The position numbers were made by a program, and so were the translations under genes. The notes below the pieces were generated by a model, which had not been told where the DNA came from, ran no database searches, and saw nothing but the letters and a program-made list of their open reading frames with translations. DNA of 64,000 nucleotides from Parachlamydiales bacterium (lineage in GTDB: Bacteria > Chlamydiota > Chlamydiia > Chlamydiales > JAJFMK01): NCBI GenBank assembly GCA_963765145.1, contig CAVXVG010000020.1, positions 48,168 to 112,167 of the forward strand, in the 5' to 3' direction. Positions 1 to 10,896 of this stretch are shown here, piece by piece; the stretch's first letter is position 1, and every line of letters starts with the position of its first letter.

Positions 1-122
1 AAGGACCAGCTTTCTCATCAGATAGAAAAGCCTTAGCGGAAAAATTCTATTTATAGATCTCCTAAAAAAAGCCCTATCTGTTATGATGGTAAAAATCTTA
101 ATTTGAACGGATTAAAGAAAAT

Positions 123-1406
123 ATGACCTTTCCATTAGTAAGTACATTGGGTAGTGCCGGAATACGTTTCGCGTGCACTGTGCCGGCAGTAGTCACAACA
201 GCTTTTTCGACTACAGGAGGGCGCGAGTCAGTTTACAAGCTTGTTGTGCCCCTTATGCAGCTTTTTGGTCCAAAGAATGCGAAAAGCGATTATTTCATCG
301 CATCGGCAATAGCTGCAGGCGGAATCATAGACATTCACTGGTTGGCACAGATTTTTTCTTTATTCACTACAAGAGTTGGGGGTTTTTTCAGAGAAAACGT
401 CTATAACGTTGAGGCTGGTGCGTATGAAGAAAAAATTTACGAAATCGCAAAAGAATATTATGAAGAGATCTCTTCAAGAGAGGGTGCCGCTCTTTTGGTG
501 AGTAAGGTTCAAGGTTATACGATTCAGGAAGATAACGCGTCTGAAAGATTTATAGTCCTTAAAGACGCTCAAGGAGGACAACCGGTCACACCGATCTCTT
601 TGAATAATTGGGCCGATGTCTTGGTGAATGAAGTCCCAGGTTATGCTTTTAAAGTTGCGCAAAACGGCGCAGTACAGCTTTTTAAAGTTACACTCGATCA
701 GAAAGTCGAGGTGGCAAAAGATAGTGTGGAAGCAGCAGATGGCACCTTGCTTTCAGTGGGATGGCTCGCACATGAAAGGGCTAAACAATGCAAGATCACA
801 AAAGGTGAAGATGGTGCAGATTTGCAGCGTCCTCAAATTGGAATATACTATGATGTCAATCATGTCGGAAAAAAAGAAATGCCAAAAAGAGCAGGCATTA
901 CACCTTTTGCTTACTATTGGACCTATAACAAAGTCAAAGCATTTGTCTTAATAAATTTCGCATGGTCCTCTTTCCAATCGGTGGCCTCAACTTATGTGCC
1001 CTTATTGAAACCAGACATTTCATTGTTCAGTTCATTCACGAAGATTGTTTGTCGCATGGGTGGTGAACAGATCTGTACCCCTCAGCAATGGGATTCGGGT
1101 TTTAGGCTGTTTTGGAAAAAAGCCGATACAATAGCACTTTCTACTGCCTATGCCCTTCAAGCCTTTGATGCCGGTAGAAGATTGTGGAATATCAACGATG
1201 ATTTAGGGCGCTCAAGAATTAAAGAAGCCACAAAACTAGGGGCAAATCTTACACTCACTGGCTTATATGCATGGATGACTCTTACAGGAGAGAACTCTCC
1301 GTACGCCAGAATGACTGCAGGTGCATTGCAGCTCTTTTTAATCACAACAAAAGAGTTGAGAAAAGCATCAATTGCCGAAGAACGAAAGTCTTCACGGCCT
1401 CGATGA
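123..1406 (+). CDS. hypothetical protein with hydrophobic segments (possible secreted or inclusion-membrane protein)
   Basis: 427-aa ORF with ATG start; no recognised motif. Confidence 0.6.
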   Translation: MTFPLVSTLGSAGIRFACTVPAVVTTAFSTTGGRESVYKLVVPLMQLFGPKNAKSDYFIASAIAAGGIIDIHWLAQIFSLFTTRVGGFFRENVYNVEAGAYEEKIYEIAKEYYEEISSREGAALLVSKVQGYTIQEDNASERFIVLKDAQGGQPVTPISLNNWADVLVNEVPGYAFKVAQNGAVQLFKVTLDQKVEVAKDSVEAADGTLLSVGWLAHERAKQCKITKGEDGADLQRPQIGIYYDVNHVGKKEMPKRAGITPFAYYWTYNKVKAFVLINFAWSSFQSVASTYVPLLKPDISLFSSFTKIVCRMGGEQICTPQQWDSGFRLFWKKADTIALSTAYALQAFDAGRRLWNINDDLGRSRIKEATKLGANLTLTGLYAWMTLTGENSPYARMTAGALQLFLITTKELRKASIAEERKSSRPR

Positions 1407-1499
1407 CATTAAAAAGCCTGGAAAAGGCAAAAGTTCAAGGACTTACACAAGAATGTTAGGGACCGGAACAGCACAACCAGCAACTGAGGAATCATAATA

Positions 1500-2594
1500 A
1501 TGGCCGCAACACATACAAATCCATTTTATTCATCTTTTTTTCGACCCTGGACACTATGGGAGAACCCAATCACTCGGGCACCCAAAGATTTTGCAAATTG
1601 TCTTCCTCTTGATAGCGTAACAAAAGCTGTACGGGTCGTTGCCGATATCCCATTTGTCAAACCCCTTTGGGACAATGCTCCCGCCAGGATTTCAGCCTCA
1701 GTTGTCAGATTGGGTTATAGCAACCTTTTTACCCGTTTTGCATATGGCATGGCTGAGCGGATTTTTAATAGCACAGCTGTTTTAAGATCATTATCTGACA
1801 TCGATTCATTGACGAAGACAGTGACATTGGCGGTTAGCATTTCAGGCCTTTGGTTAGGGACAAAGCATCCTTTTATTGCGTCTTTAGAATTGGGTAATAA
1901 GGCTTTAGGCGGCTTTATCTTTGCAAAGCATGTCATTCCTTTGACTAACAAAAGCTATATGGAGGCATTTGATAAGCAGGGTAATTTAGTGCCTGGAAAG
2001 ATTTGCAAAACAGCTGCCTTGATTGGCTTCCAGTTTGCCCATTTTTGCCAAACACACGAATTCATGAAAAAGACCGGTCTATTCGATATCTTAAGTGAAG
2101 TTCCAGTTGTTGGTCACATTGGAAAAGCCTGCCTTAAGATGGAACTTGGGTCTCTTAAAAATCCGGCAGTTGTCATTGGAGCGATCTTTGCGACTTTAGC
2201 TGTAGGAGAATGGGCATTAGTCAAAATCAACGATTCGTGGTCAAAACCTGAAGGTACTTTGTGGAAAGCCATTACAAGTTTCACCTGCAAGCCAGACGAA
2301 GAAGTTGACCAAGTTGCGAACGGTGTTAACAACGCAACGAAGGCTTATATTGTCGCTATACTGGCTAAATGGGCAAAAGCGGTTCAGCCTTATGCTAGAA
2401 TCTCGGGCGATTTGCTGGGGGCTACTAACCTCTTTAAAGGGGCGGGTTATGAAGAGAAAAAAGATGCCGACTCCTTGCCTCAACGAGTTCGACTTGCGAC
2501 AATATACAACAACCCATCAATAGCTGCTGGTAGAGCTGAAATAGTAAAGCTCAGAAAAGAAGACTTGAAAACGCACAAGTGTGTTCGAGCTTGA
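1500..2594 (+). CDS. hypothetical protein with hydrophobic segments
   Basis: 364-aa ORF, GAGGA RBS upstream, terminator downstream. Confidence 0.6.
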   Translation: MAATHTNPFYSSFFRPWTLWENPITRAPKDFANCLPLDSVTKAVRVVADIPFVKPLWDNAPARISASVVRLGYSNLFTRFAYGMAERIFNSTAVLRSLSDIDSLTKTVTLAVSISGLWLGTKHPFIASLELGNKALGGFIFAKHVIPLTNKSYMEAFDKQGNLVPGKICKTAALIGFQFAHFCQTHEFMKKTGLFDILSEVPVVGHIGKACLKMELGSLKNPAVVIGAIFATLAVGEWALVKINDSWSKPEGTLWKAITSFTCKPDEEVDQVANGVNNATKAYIVAILAKWAKAVQPYARISGDLLGATNLFKGAGYEEKKDADSLPQRVRLATIYNNPSIAAGRAEIVKLRKEDLKTHKCVRA

Positions 2595-2624
2595 TCGAAA
2601 ATTTTCGACAGATCGAGAACCTAA

Positions 2625-2658
2625 AAGGACTGGGGGAGACCCCAGTCCTTATTTTTTT
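2625..2658 (+). terminator. intrinsic terminator
   Basis: AAGGACTGGGG-gaga-CCCCAGTCCTT stem followed by ATTTTTTT. Confidence 0.85.
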
Positions 2659-2686
2659 ACCCTCTCTTTTTCCAGCCTCTTTTTTG

Positions 2687-2716
2687 TTGCAGAGAAATCA
2701 CCGATTCAGATAACCT
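2687..2716 (+). promoter_or_regulatory. candidate sigma66/sigma70-type promoter of the ribosomal protein operon
   Basis: TTGCAG-N18-TAACCT between the terminator and rplC; position fits but the match is imperfect. Confidence 0.3.
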
Positions 2717-2939
2717 ATTGTCATTCATGAGCTAGGATTGCTCTCAGTAAGAGAGTAATTGCAAACAGAAGCGAGAGTTCTAAACCTTTCAATTCACCCT
2801 CTTAATCGACTCCTTATCGGGTGTCTTAATGGTGGAGAATGGGAAACCAGAGGAAGAACAATCAATAAGTGTCTGTTTGAAGCGTGGTGAGAAATATTTA
2901 GTAGATCCCTCTAGAGCTAAAACTGGAAGGCTTTTGTGT

Positions 2940-3617
2940 ATGGTTGAGAATAAAAAAACGTCAAGATCTCCTATCGTATTGATGGGTAAGAAAGTTGGCA
3001 TGACCCAAACTTTTGATGATAAAGGGAATGTAACTCCCTGCACTGTTATCGAAGTTGAGCCGAATGTTGTGGTGCAGTTGAAGACTGCCGACACTGATGG
3101 TTACGAAGCTATCCAGCTTGGTTACCATACAGTGAAAGTCAACCACGAAGAAACGATTAAAAATCGTGTGACTGCTCCTTTGATTGGCCACTTCAAGAAA
3201 GGGGGCGTAGCTCCTTGCAGATTCCTGGCCGAATCAAGAGTGTCTACTGCATCCGAATACAGTGTTGGCCAAGAAATTGGTGTTGAGCACTTCGAAGGCG
3301 TGGCATTTATCGACGCAAGAGCAGTTTCTAAAGGGAAAGGGTACCAAGGGGTTATCAAGCGATACCATTTCGCTGGAGGTCCTGCGGCGCACGGTTCTGG
3401 TTTCCACCGTCACGGTGGTTCCACAGGGATGAGATCGACTCCTGGTCGTTGCTTCCCTGGTAGAAAAAAAGCGGGTCACATGGGAAATAAGCCTGTTACT
3501 GTTCAAAACCTTAAAATTGTCGGAATCGACAAAGAAAAAAGGGTTTTGTTAGTGAAAGGCGCAGTGCCTGGTCCCAATGGCGGAATGGTCAAAATTTCAT
3601 CCGCAGTGAAGGCATAA
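2940..3617 (+). CDS. rplC: 50S ribosomal protein L3
   Basis: GKKVGMTQTFD, SKGKGYQGVIKRY and GHMGN motifs; start trimmed to ATG 2940. Confidence 0.97.
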   Translation: MVENKKTSRSPIVLMGKKVGMTQTFDDKGNVTPCTVIEVEPNVVVQLKTADTDGYEAIQLGYHTVKVNHEETIKNRVTAPLIGHFKKGGVAPCRFLAESRVSTASEYSVGQEIGVEHFEGVAFIDARAVSKGKGYQGVIKRYHFAGGPAAHGSGFHRHGGSTGMRSTPGRCFPGRKKAGHMGNKPVTVQNLKIVGIDKEKRVLLVKGAVPGPNGGMVKISSAVKA

Positions 3618-3637
3618 GGTAGGAGACGAGATACTAG

Positions 3638-4327
3638 ATGGTTACGCTGAAAAAATTTAATTTAACTGGCAGCGAGCTCGGCACTTGCTCGATTGCTCCT
3701 CAGATTGTCGATGCAACAGCAGATAGTCAATCGATCAAAGATTACATTGTGGCTTTGAGAGAAAATCAAAGACAGTGGAATGCTTGTGTAAAAAGAAGAA
3801 GCGAAGTCTCGCACAGCACGAAAAAGCCTCACCCTCAAAAAGGGACAGGTCGTGCTCGTCAAGGTTCGCTTGCCTCTACCCAATATAAAGGGGGGGGAAG
3901 GCCAATGGGTCCAAAGCCTAAGTTTGATCAACACGTCAAGATTAATAAAAAAGAGAAAAGAGCTGCTATCCGCGCCCTTTTAGCTGAAAAAATCAGAGCT
4001 GGCAAAGTAGCTGTTCTTGACCATTTTGAAATGGAAGCGCCAAAAACTAAGAGTCTTTCGCACTTCCTGGGTAAAGTTGGCTTCGAAAGAAGACCTCTTT
4101 TCCTTGGCGAAAGCAATATCATTGGTCTTGAAGACGAAGAAGGTGGAATCATGACATTCCACACTCCGCAAGAACAACACGATGCTTTCAAGCTGAGCCT
4201 CAGAAATATTCCGAAGGCAACATATGCGTTGGCCTCTTCAGTGTCTGGTTATGACATTTTAGTTGCCCATCACATTATCGTGTCTGAAAAAGCACTAGAA
4301 GAATTGACAAGCTGGCTGGTGGGGTAA
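3638..4327 (+). CDS. rplD: 50S ribosomal protein L4
   Basis: KPHPQKGTGRARQGS; operon position. Confidence 0.97.
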   Translation: MVTLKKFNLTGSELGTCSIAPQIVDATADSQSIKDYIVALRENQRQWNACVKRRSEVSHSTKKPHPQKGTGRARQGSLASTQYKGGGRPMGPKPKFDQHVKINKKEKRAAIRALLAEKIRAGKVAVLDHFEMEAPKTKSLSHFLGKVGFERRPLFLGESNIIGLEDEEGGIMTFHTPQEQHDAFKLSLRNIPKATYALASSVSGYDILVAHHIIVSEKALEELTSWLVG

Positions 4328-4330
4328 AAC

Positions 4331-4678
4331 ATGACTAAAACTATGAATCAACAAGATCCATTTGCCATCGTAAAGTCGCTTTATGTGACCGAAAAATCAA
4401 GAACTTTGCAAGAGCTGAAGAACAACACTTCTAACCGCTCTGTTGCAAAGTGTGACCATCCAAAATATGTGTTTTTGGTTGATCCTGCTGCTAACAAGCA
4501 CGAGATCAAGCAAGCTGTAGAGGAAATCTACAAGGCGCATGGTGTAAAAGTGACAAAAGTTAACACGATCCGCGTGAAGCCAAAGCCCTGTGGAAGACGG
4601 GGACGGCATGGTACAAAGGCCTCCTTTAAAAAGGCAGTTGTCACACTCGAACCGAAAGACAACTTAGAGGATCTCTAA
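4331..4678 (+). CDS. rplW: 50S ribosomal protein L23
   Basis: TEKS...[11 protein letters not shown]...KKAVVTL. Confidence 0.96.
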   Translation: MTKTMNQQDPFAIVKSLYVTEKSRTLQELKNNTSNRSVAKCDHPKYVFLVDPAANKHEIKQAVEEIYKAHGVKVTKVNTIRVKPKPCGRRGRHGTKASFKKAVVTLEPKDNLEDL

Positions 4679-4680
4679 AG

Positions 4681-5523
4681 ATGTTAAAGAAAAGTAAACC
4701 AACATCCCCAGGTAGACGTCAGCTCATCTTGCCGATGAACGAGACATTGACACGTGTTGAAGGTAAACGTGTGACAGTTGCTCCGGAAAAAGGGCTTCTT
4801 CTTCCAAAAAGAAGAACCAACGGACGGAACAACCAAGGACATATCACCTGCCGCCATAAAGGTGGTGGTCATAAGCGTCAGTACCGAATCATTGACTTCA
4901 AAAGGGATAAATATGACATTCCTGCGAAAGTTGCCTCTATTGAGTACGATCCAAACAGGACATCTTACATTGCGCTTTTGCACTATGTAGATGGTGAAAA
5001 GCGGTACATTATCGCTCCTCACGGGTTGAAAGAAGGCGATGTAGTGAAAACTAGCCAAGAGCCACCTTTTGATGTAGGGTGTGCGATGCAGCTTAAGTTT
5101 ATGCCGATTGGTTCCACGATCCACAATATCGAAATGGTACCAGGTAAAGGTGGTAAACTTGTCCGTTCTGCCGGTTTATCTGCACAGTTAATGGCAAGAA
5201 GCGGTGGCTTTGCGACGTTACGTATGCCATCGGGTGAAATGAGAATGGTGAGCGAAAGATGTGTTGCTACGTTTGGCACCGTCTCTAACTCAGAGCACAA
5301 TTTGAGAAACGAAGGGAAAGCAGGACGTAAACGATGGATGGGTGTACGCCCAACTGTTCGTGGTAATGCGATGAACCCTGTTGACCACCCACACGGTGGT
5401 GGTGAAGGTCGGAGTAAGGGGAACATTCCTCAATCTCCTTGGGCAGTCTTTGCAAAAGGGCTACGCACAAGACCTTTGAAAAAGTCTCGTAAATTTATCG
5501 TGAAAGATAGACGGAAGAAGTAA
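4681..5523 (+). CDS. rplB: 50S ribosomal protein L2
   Basis: IEYDPNR and [13 protein letters not shown]. Confidence 0.98.
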   Translation: MLKKSKPTSPGRRQLILPMNETLTRVEGKRVTVAPEKGLLLPKRRTNGRNNQGHITCRHKGGGHKRQYRIIDFKRDKYDIPAKVASIEYDPNRTSYIALLHYVDGEKRYIIAPHGLKEGDVVKTSQEPPFDVGCAMQLKFMPIGSTIHNIEMVPGKGGKLVRSAGLSAQLMARSGGFATLRMPSGEMRMVSERCVATFGTVSNSEHNLRNEGKAGRKRWMGVRPTVRGNAMNPVDHPHGGGEGRSKGNIPQSPWAVFAKGLRTRPLKKSRKFIVKDRRKK

Positions 5524-5527
5524 TAGC

Positions 5528-5812
5528 ATGGCACGTTCACTAAAAAAAGGACCCTTTGTCGACCACCATGTCGAAAAGAAGGTTCAAGCAAGACTGGTAG
5601 ATGGCTCTAAAAAGCCGATTAAGACCTGGTCGCGCCGCTCAATGATCACACCAGAGATGGTGGGGATGACATTTGAAGTGCATAACGGAAAGAAGTTCAT
5701 TTCTGTCTTCGTTTCTGATAATATGGTTGGACATCGCCTTGGAGAGTTTTCTCCTACTAGAACTTTCAAGGGACATCCTTTGAAATCTAAAGAATCAGCT
5801 GGTGGAGGCTAG
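5528..5812 (+). CDS. rpsS: 30S ribosomal protein S19
   Basis: [30 protein letters not shown]. Confidence 0.98.
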   Translation: MARSLKKGPFVDHHVEKKVQARLVDGSKKPIKTWSRRSMITPEMVGMTFEVHNGKKFISVFVSDNMVGHRLGEFSPTRTFKGHPLKSKESAGGG

Positions 5813-5821
5813 AGACCGACT

Positions 5822-6163
5822 ATGATGAGAAATGGAGCAAAAGCAATTTCAAAATACTTGAGGATTTCACCTCAAAAAGCCAGGCTTGCAGCTGCGTTGA
5901 TTCGGAATCTTCCTATCGATAGAGCTGAAGCTGAACTGCGCTACTCAGGGCTCAAAGGGGGCAGACTCCTTTTGAAAACTTTGCAAAGCGCTGTGGCCAA
6001 TGCGGTGATGCAGCAAGATGTTTCGAAAGAAGAATTAAGAGTTGTCGAAGTACGAGTGGATGAAGGCCCTTCTCATAAAAGGGTTAAGCCAAAAAATAAG
6101 GGGGGAACCCATCCTTATAAAGTTCGGCAGAGCCATTTTACTGTGGTAGTAAACGTAGAGTAG
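5822..6163 (+). CDS. rplV: 50S ribosomal protein L22
   Basis: RISPQKAR, SAVANA, VDEGP. Confidence 0.96.
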   Translation: MMRNGAKAISKYLRISPQKARLAAALIRNLPIDRAEAELRYSGLKGGRLLLKTLQSAVANAVMQQDVSKEELRVVEVRVDEGPSHKRVKPKNKGGTHPYKVRQSHFTVVVNVE

Positions 6164-6176
6164 GATTGTAAAGAAT

Positions 6177-6830
6177 ATGGGACAAAAGACAAATCCAGTC
6201 GGTTTTCGTCTGGTCATCCGGAAAGATTGGCGTTCTCGTTGGTTTGCCAACAAAAAAGAGTTCAGCAAATACCTGATGGAAGATGCCAAGATCCGAGCTT
6301 TCCTGCTTAAAAAAGCGTGTTGCCAAGGCACCTCGAAAATTAAGATTAAGCGGATGAGCGACAAAATCGAAATCACAATTGCTACTGCTCGTCCAGGTCT
6401 TGTTATCGGGAAGAAAGGTTCAGAAATTGAGATCTTGAAAAAAGAACTTTCTGACCTAACAAAGAAAGAAGTTTGGGTTGAAGTAGAAGAAATCAAGCGT
6501 CCAGATTTGGATGCACAAATTGTTGCCGACGGCATTGCGCGTCAAATTGAGCGTAGAATTCCTTTTAGACGTGCGTTGAAAAAGGCTATTCAAGCGACAA
6601 TGGATGCAGGCGCTGCAGGTATCAAATTGCAAATTTCTGGTTGCATTGGCGGTGCAGAAATTGCAAGAACGGAAGGATATAAGGACGGAAGCGTTCCTTT
6701 GCATACGCTAAGAGCGGATATTGATTATGCTCATGCGACTGCAAATACTTCCCACGGGACAATTGGAATTAAAGTGATCATCAATAAAGGTGAAACAGTC
6801 GTTCTCCCTAAGAAAGAGGTTGCAGCATGA
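6177..6830 (+). CDS. rpsC: 30S ribosomal protein S3
   Basis: [34 protein letters not shown]. Confidence 0.98.
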   Translation: MGQKTNPVGFRLVIRKDWRSRWFANKKEFSKYLMEDAKIRAFLLKKACCQGTSKIKIKRMSDKIEITIATARPGLVIGKKGSEIEILKKELSDLTKKEVWVEVEEIKRPDLDAQIVADGIARQIERRIPFRRALKKAIQATMDAGAAGIKLQISGCIGGAEIARTEGYKDGSVPLHTLRADIDYAHATANTSHGTIGIKVIINKGETVVLPKKEVAA

Positions 6831-7249
6831 GTTTGATGCCGAAGCGGACTAAATTCCGCAAAATGCAAAAAGGAAGTTGTTCAGGTTTAACAAAAGGTGC
6901 TGCCTTCGTTGATTTCGGCGATTATGGCATCCAAGTGTTAGAACGTGGTTGGATTACCAACCAGCAAATTGAAGCTTGCCGTGTGGTTATTAACCGATAC
7001 TTTCAACGTAAAGGGAAAGTTTGGATCCGCGCGTTCCCAGATAAGCCTGTAACCAAAAAGCCAGCCGAAGTTCGGATGGGTAAAGGTAAAGGTGCAGTGG
7101 ACCACTGGGTTTCAGTTGTTCGCCCTGGAAAGATACTCTTCGAAGTTGGAAGTGTTTCAAAAGAAATGGCACAGAATGCTTTGAGAAGAGCTGCGGCAAA
7201 ATTGCCATTAAAAACTCGCTTTGTTGAGCGTGTGGAAAGGGTAGGCTAA
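6827..7249 (+). CDS. rplP: 50S ribosomal protein L16
   Basis: [17 protein letters not shown]. Confidence 0.98.
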   Translation: MSLMPKRTKFRKMQKGSCSGLTKGAAFVDFGDYGIQVLERGWITNQQIEACRVVINRYFQRKGKVWIRAFPDKPVTKKPAEVRMGKGKGAVDHWVSVVRPGKILFEVGSVSKEMAQNALRRAAAKLPLKTRFVERVERVG

Positions 7250-7251
7250 AC

Positions 7252-7458
7252 ATGAATAAACTTACGCAAGCTCTGAGAGATCAATCAGTCGATGAACTTT
7301 CAGCGACTTTATATGAGACTCAAAGAGAGTTATTTAACCTTAGGAATGAACTAAGTGTTAACAAAAAATTGGATAAGCCGCATCTTATTACAGCGCTACG
7401 TAAAAAGCGCGCAAGAGTGCTGACAATCCTTAACGAAAAGAGTGCGAAGGCAAGCTGA
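7252..7458 (+). CDS. rpmC: 50S ribosomal protein L29
   Basis: ELFNLR...ARVLTIL; position between rplP and rpsQ. Confidence 0.93.
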   Translation: MNKLTQALRDQSVDELSATLYETQRELFNLRNELSVNKKLDKPHLITALRKKRARVLTILNEKSAKAS

Positions 7459-7742
7459 TGACTGACTCAAATGTACGTCCAAAAAGAAAAGTCAAAATCG
7501 GAACAGTGGTTTCGGCTAAGATGGATAAGACGGTAGTCGTTCGCACTGAACGGACATTCCGTCACCCTCGTTACGAGAAAATCGTAAAGACGGCGAAAAA
7601 ATATTATGCGCATACAGATGATGCCTCTCTAAAAGAGGGAGATGTTGTCGAAATCATGGAAACACGTCCTATTTCTAAACTAGTCCGTTGGAGAGTAGTA
7701 GAAAGGGTCGGACATGATAACAAAGTACCAGTTGTAGCTTAA
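7458..7742 (+). CDS. rpsQ: 30S ribosomal protein S17
   Basis: [21 protein letters not shown]. Confidence 0.97.
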   Translation: MTDSNVRPKRKVKIGTVVSAKMDKTVVVRTERTFRHPRYEKIVKTAKKYYAHTDDASLKEGDVVEIMETRPISKLVRWRVVERVGHDNKVPVVA

Positions 7743-7760
7743 GATAGGTAGATAGCGGAT

Positions 7761-8129
7761 ATGATCCAACAAGAAACGCTCCTAGAAGTGGCTGATAACA
7801 CTGGGGCAAAAAAAGTTAAATGTTTTAAGGTCCTCGGTGGATCTAAGAGACGTTACGCCTACGTTGGCGATGTGATTGTTTGCTCTGTTAGAGAAGCATC
7901 ACCCGACGGCGGTGTGAAAGAAGGCGATGTGGTGAAAGCAGTCATCGTAAGAACACGTAATTACATCAGAAGAGGTGATGGATCAAAACTTCGCTTCGAT
8001 GTAAACAGCTGTGTTCTGATTGATGACAAGTTGAATCCAAGAGGAACACGTATTTTTGGACCAGTCGCAAAAGAAGTTAGAGATAGAGGTTTCTTAAAGA
8101 TTACCTCTTTAGCACCAGAGGTCATCTAA
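7761..8129 (+). CDS. rplN: 50S ribosomal protein L14
   Basis: [31 protein letters not shown]. Confidence 0.98.
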   Translation: MIQQETLLEVADNTGAKKVKCFKVLGGSKRRYAYVGDVIVCSVREASPDGGVKEGDVVKAVIVRTRNYIRRGDGSKLRFDVNSCVLIDDKLNPRGTRIFGPVAKEVRDRGFLKITSLAPEVI

Positions 8130-8139
8130 AGAGGATACT

Positions 8140-8469
8140 ATGGCATATTTAAGAAAAGATGATTCGGTCATTGTTCTCACTGGCAACAGCAAAGGGCTAA
8201 AAGGACCGATTTTAAAAATGAGCGGAAACAAAGTTGTCGTCCAAGGCGTAAACGTTCGCAAACGACACATGAAACCGACTCAAACTAGCCCAAAAGGTTC
8301 AGTGATTCAGGTGGAAAGACCGATCGATATTTCTAACGTTGCTCTTGAAGTCGAAGGGAAACCTGTTCGTCTGAAAGCTCGCTTAACGGCTGAAGGCGCG
8401 AAAGAGGTTTACTACAAAGAGGGCGATAAATTGGTCGTCTTCAGAACTGTTAGAAAGGGGGATAAGTAA
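8140..8469 (+). CDS. rplX: 50S ribosomal protein L24
   Basis: KOW-like N-terminus, VVVQGVN, PIDISNV. Confidence 0.95.
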   Translation: MAYLRKDDSVIVLTGNSKGLKGPILKMSGNKVVVQGVNVRKRHMKPTQTSPKGSVIQVERPIDISNVALEVEGKPVRLKARLTAEGAKEVYYKEGDKLVVFRTVRKGDK

Positions 8470-8474
8470 TCCCA

Positions 8475-9038
8475 ATGTCCAGACTGAAAGAAAGATATAA
8501 AAAAGAAGTAAGAAAAGCATTGCAAGAGAAGTTTGGCTATGCCAACTCTATGCAAGTCCCATCATTGAAGACGATTGTCCTCTCAATGGGTATTGCTGAA
8601 GCTTCGAAAGACAAAAACGTAGTTCAACAGATTGTGAACGAAGTTTCAATGATCACTGGTCAAAAGCCAATCATCGTGAAATCTAAGAAAGCCATTTCAA
8701 ACTTTAAACTAAGACAAGGGCAACCTATCGGTTTAAAGATCACCATGCGTGGTGTAAGAATGTACGAGTTCTTAGATCGTTTTTGCAATATTGCATGCCC
8801 AAGGATCCGCGACTTTCACGGCTTTGGAACTAAATGTGACGGTAGAGGCAATTTCTCTTTAGGTCTTGATGACCAACAGGTATTTCCCGAAGTCAATTTA
8901 GACCAGATGAAGAAAGTGCAGGGGATGAACCTAAACTTTGTGACCAATGCTAAAACTGATGAAGAGTGCGTAGAGCTTCTCCGTCAACTAGGCTTGCCAT
9001 TTAAAAATTTACCCATTGTTGTTGCAACAGCAGCCTAA
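8475..9038 (+). CDS. rplE: 50S ribosomal protein L5
   Basis: [32 protein letters not shown]. Confidence 0.97.
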   Translation: MSRLKERYKKEVRKALQEKFGYANSMQVPSLKTIVLSMGIAEASKDKNVVQQIVNEVSMITGQKPIIVKSKKAISNFKLRQGQPIGLKITMRGVRMYEFLDRFCNIACPRIRDFHGFGTKCDGRGNFSLGLDDQQVFPEVNLDQMKKVQGMNLNFVTNAKTDEECVELLRQLGLPFKNLPIVVATAA

Positions 9039-9048
9039 AAGAGATTTT

Positions 9049-9444
9049 ATGAATTTAAGCGACCCAATAGCCGACTTTTTAACAAGAATCCGTAATGCAA
9101 GTGCTGCTCAAAATAGATTTTGCGACATACCTTGGAGCAAACTTAAAGAGCAACTAGCTGAAATCTTAAAAGAGCAAGGACTTGTAGAAAGCTACCAAGT
9201 TAATCTCAAAGGGACTTTCGGAACGATTAGAGTCTATCTGAAGTATGCTGGACGTAGACAAGTTCTTAATGGATTAAAAAGGATGAGCAGTCCTGGATCT
9301 AGAAGATACGTCACTAAGGATCAGATTCCAAAGTTCTTTGGTGGTTTAGGTATACCTGTTCTATCAACCTCAAAAGGTGTGATGGCAGGAGCAGATGCGC
9401 ATAGAGAGCAAATTGGTGGCGAGCTCCTCTTTTTGGCGTGGTAG
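9049..9444 (+). CDS. rpsH: 30S ribosomal protein S8
   Basis: DPIADFLTRIRNA, STSKGVM, GGEL; start trimmed to ATG 9049. Confidence 0.97.
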   Translation: MNLSDPIADFLTRIRNASAAQNRFCDIPWSKLKEQLAEILKEQGLVESYQVNLKGTFGTIRVYLKYAGRRQVLNGLKRMSSPGSRRYVTKDQIPKFFGGLGIPVLSTSKGVMAGADAHREQIGGELLFLAW

Positions 9445-9480
9445 AAATTAGAAGAATAAGTGTTGGAGAAATAGAGAAAA

Positions 9481-10023
9481 ATGTCTCGTAAAGGTAAACA
9501 GCCGATCAGTATCCCAAAAGGGGTAGAGATCTCCATATCTGGACAGAAAATATCAGCCAAAGGCCCAAAAGGCACATTGGAGAGAGCTTTACCTGCTCAA
9601 CTTTCTGCTAAAAAAGAAGAGCAGAATTTACTGATTGAATTAAGAGAAGGACAAGAAGAGTATTCAAACCTTCATGGCCTATTCCGTTCTCTGATTGCCA
9701 ACATGGTAGATGGAGTCAGTAGCGGTTTTGTAAGAAAGCTAGAGATGATTGGTGTGGGTTACCGCGCCTCCGTCCAAGGGCAACTGCTTGATCTTTTGAT
9801 CGGGTTGTCGCACCCAACTAAGCTTCCTATTCCAAACGGAGTAGAGGTGAAGGTGGAAAAAAATACATTAATCGTTCTCTCTGGAAACGACAAACATGTC
9901 CTGGGGCAATTTGCTGCGGTTATTCGCTCTAAGAAGCCACCAGAGCCATATCAAGGAAAAGGTATTCGCTATCAAGGCGAATATGTGAGGAAAAAAGCTG
10001 GTAAAACAGCTGCTAAGAAGTGA
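9481..10023 (+). CDS. rplF: 50S ribosomal protein L6
   Basis: GPKGTL, GVGYRA, PEPYQGKGIRY. Confidence 0.98.
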   Translation: MSRKGKQPISIPKGVEISISGQKISAKGPKGTLERALPAQLSAKKEEQNLLIELREGQEEYSNLHGLFRSLIANMVDGVSSGFVRKLEMIGVGYRASVQGQLLDLLIGLSHPTKLPIPNGVEVKVEKNTLIVLSGNDKHVLGQFAAVIRSKKPPEPYQGKGIRYQGEYVRKKAGKTAAKK

Positions 10024-10027
10024 TGTT

Positions 10028-10399
10028 ATGAAAGTTTCAGGCACAAAAAAAAGACAATTAAGAGTTAAAAGAGCCTTGAGGGTTCGCAAGAGACTGATCA
10101 GTACATCTGATCGTCCACGCCTCGTTGTCAAAAAGACAAATAAGCATTTGTCTGCTCAGATCATAGATGATTCTAAGCATGCGACGCTTGCCTCTTTTTC
10201 TACCCTTTCGAAAGAAAACAAAGGGACGCCCTTTGCTAAGAAAGGCAAAGAATCAGCCAAGAAAATTGGAGAGGAGATCGCTGCACGTGCGCTTTCTCAA
10301 AATATTAAGGCTGTCGTTTTCGACAGAGGTGCTTGCAAGTATCACGGCTTGTTAGCGATCGTTGCAGATTCTGCTCGTGAAAAAGGATTGGAGCTTTAA
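10028..10399 (+). CDS. rplR: 50S ribosomal protein L18
   Basis: RPRLVV, AQIIDD, VVFDRG..YHG. Confidence 0.96.
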   Translation: MKVSGTKKRQLRVKRALRVRKRLISTSDRPRLVVKKTNKHLSAQIIDDSKHATLASFSTLSKENKGTPFAKKGKESAKKIGEEIAARALSQNIKAVVFDRGACKYHGLLAIVADSAREKGLEL

Positions 10400-10404
10400 A
10401 CACT

Positions 10405-10896
10405 ATGGCAAAGGGTAACGAAGCAGAAAAGAAAAACGATGGTCTAGAGGAAAAAGTACTCTATATCAATCGTTGCTCGAAAGTAGTAAAGGGCGGTAGG
10501 AAATTTAGTTTCTCCGCGCTTATCTTAGTCGGCGATAAAAAAGGTTCTGTTGGATATGGGTTTGCAAAAGCCAACGAGTTAACAGACGCTATCCGTAAGG
10601 GTGGTGAAAACGCTCGTAAGAATTTGATCAAGGTTGCTCTTGAAGACATGACTTTGCCTCACGAAGTCAATGTTCGTTGGGATGGAGCTTCTATCTGCAT
10701 GAGACCGGCCAAAAATGGCTCTGGTGTTATTGCTGGATCACAAGTTCGAGCTATTTTGGAATTTGCAGGAATTAAGGATGTGATGGCAAAGAGTCTCGGA
10801 GCCAACAATCCATTGAATCTTGTTAAGGCTACATTTAAAGGGCTGCAAATGCTCGATAAGAAAGAGACCATCGAGAAGATGAGGGAGTCAGCTTAA
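10405..10896 (+). CDS. rpsE: 30S ribosomal protein S5
   Basis: INRCSKVVKGGRKFSFSAL. Confidence 0.98.
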   Translation: MAKGNEAEKKNDGLEEKVLYINRCSKVVKGGRKFSFSALILVGDKKGSVGYGFAKANELTDAIRKGGENARKNLIKVALEDMTLPHEVNVRWDGASICMRPAKNGSGVIAGSQVRAILEFAGIKDVMAKSLGANNPLNLVKATFKGLQMLDKKETIEKMRESA

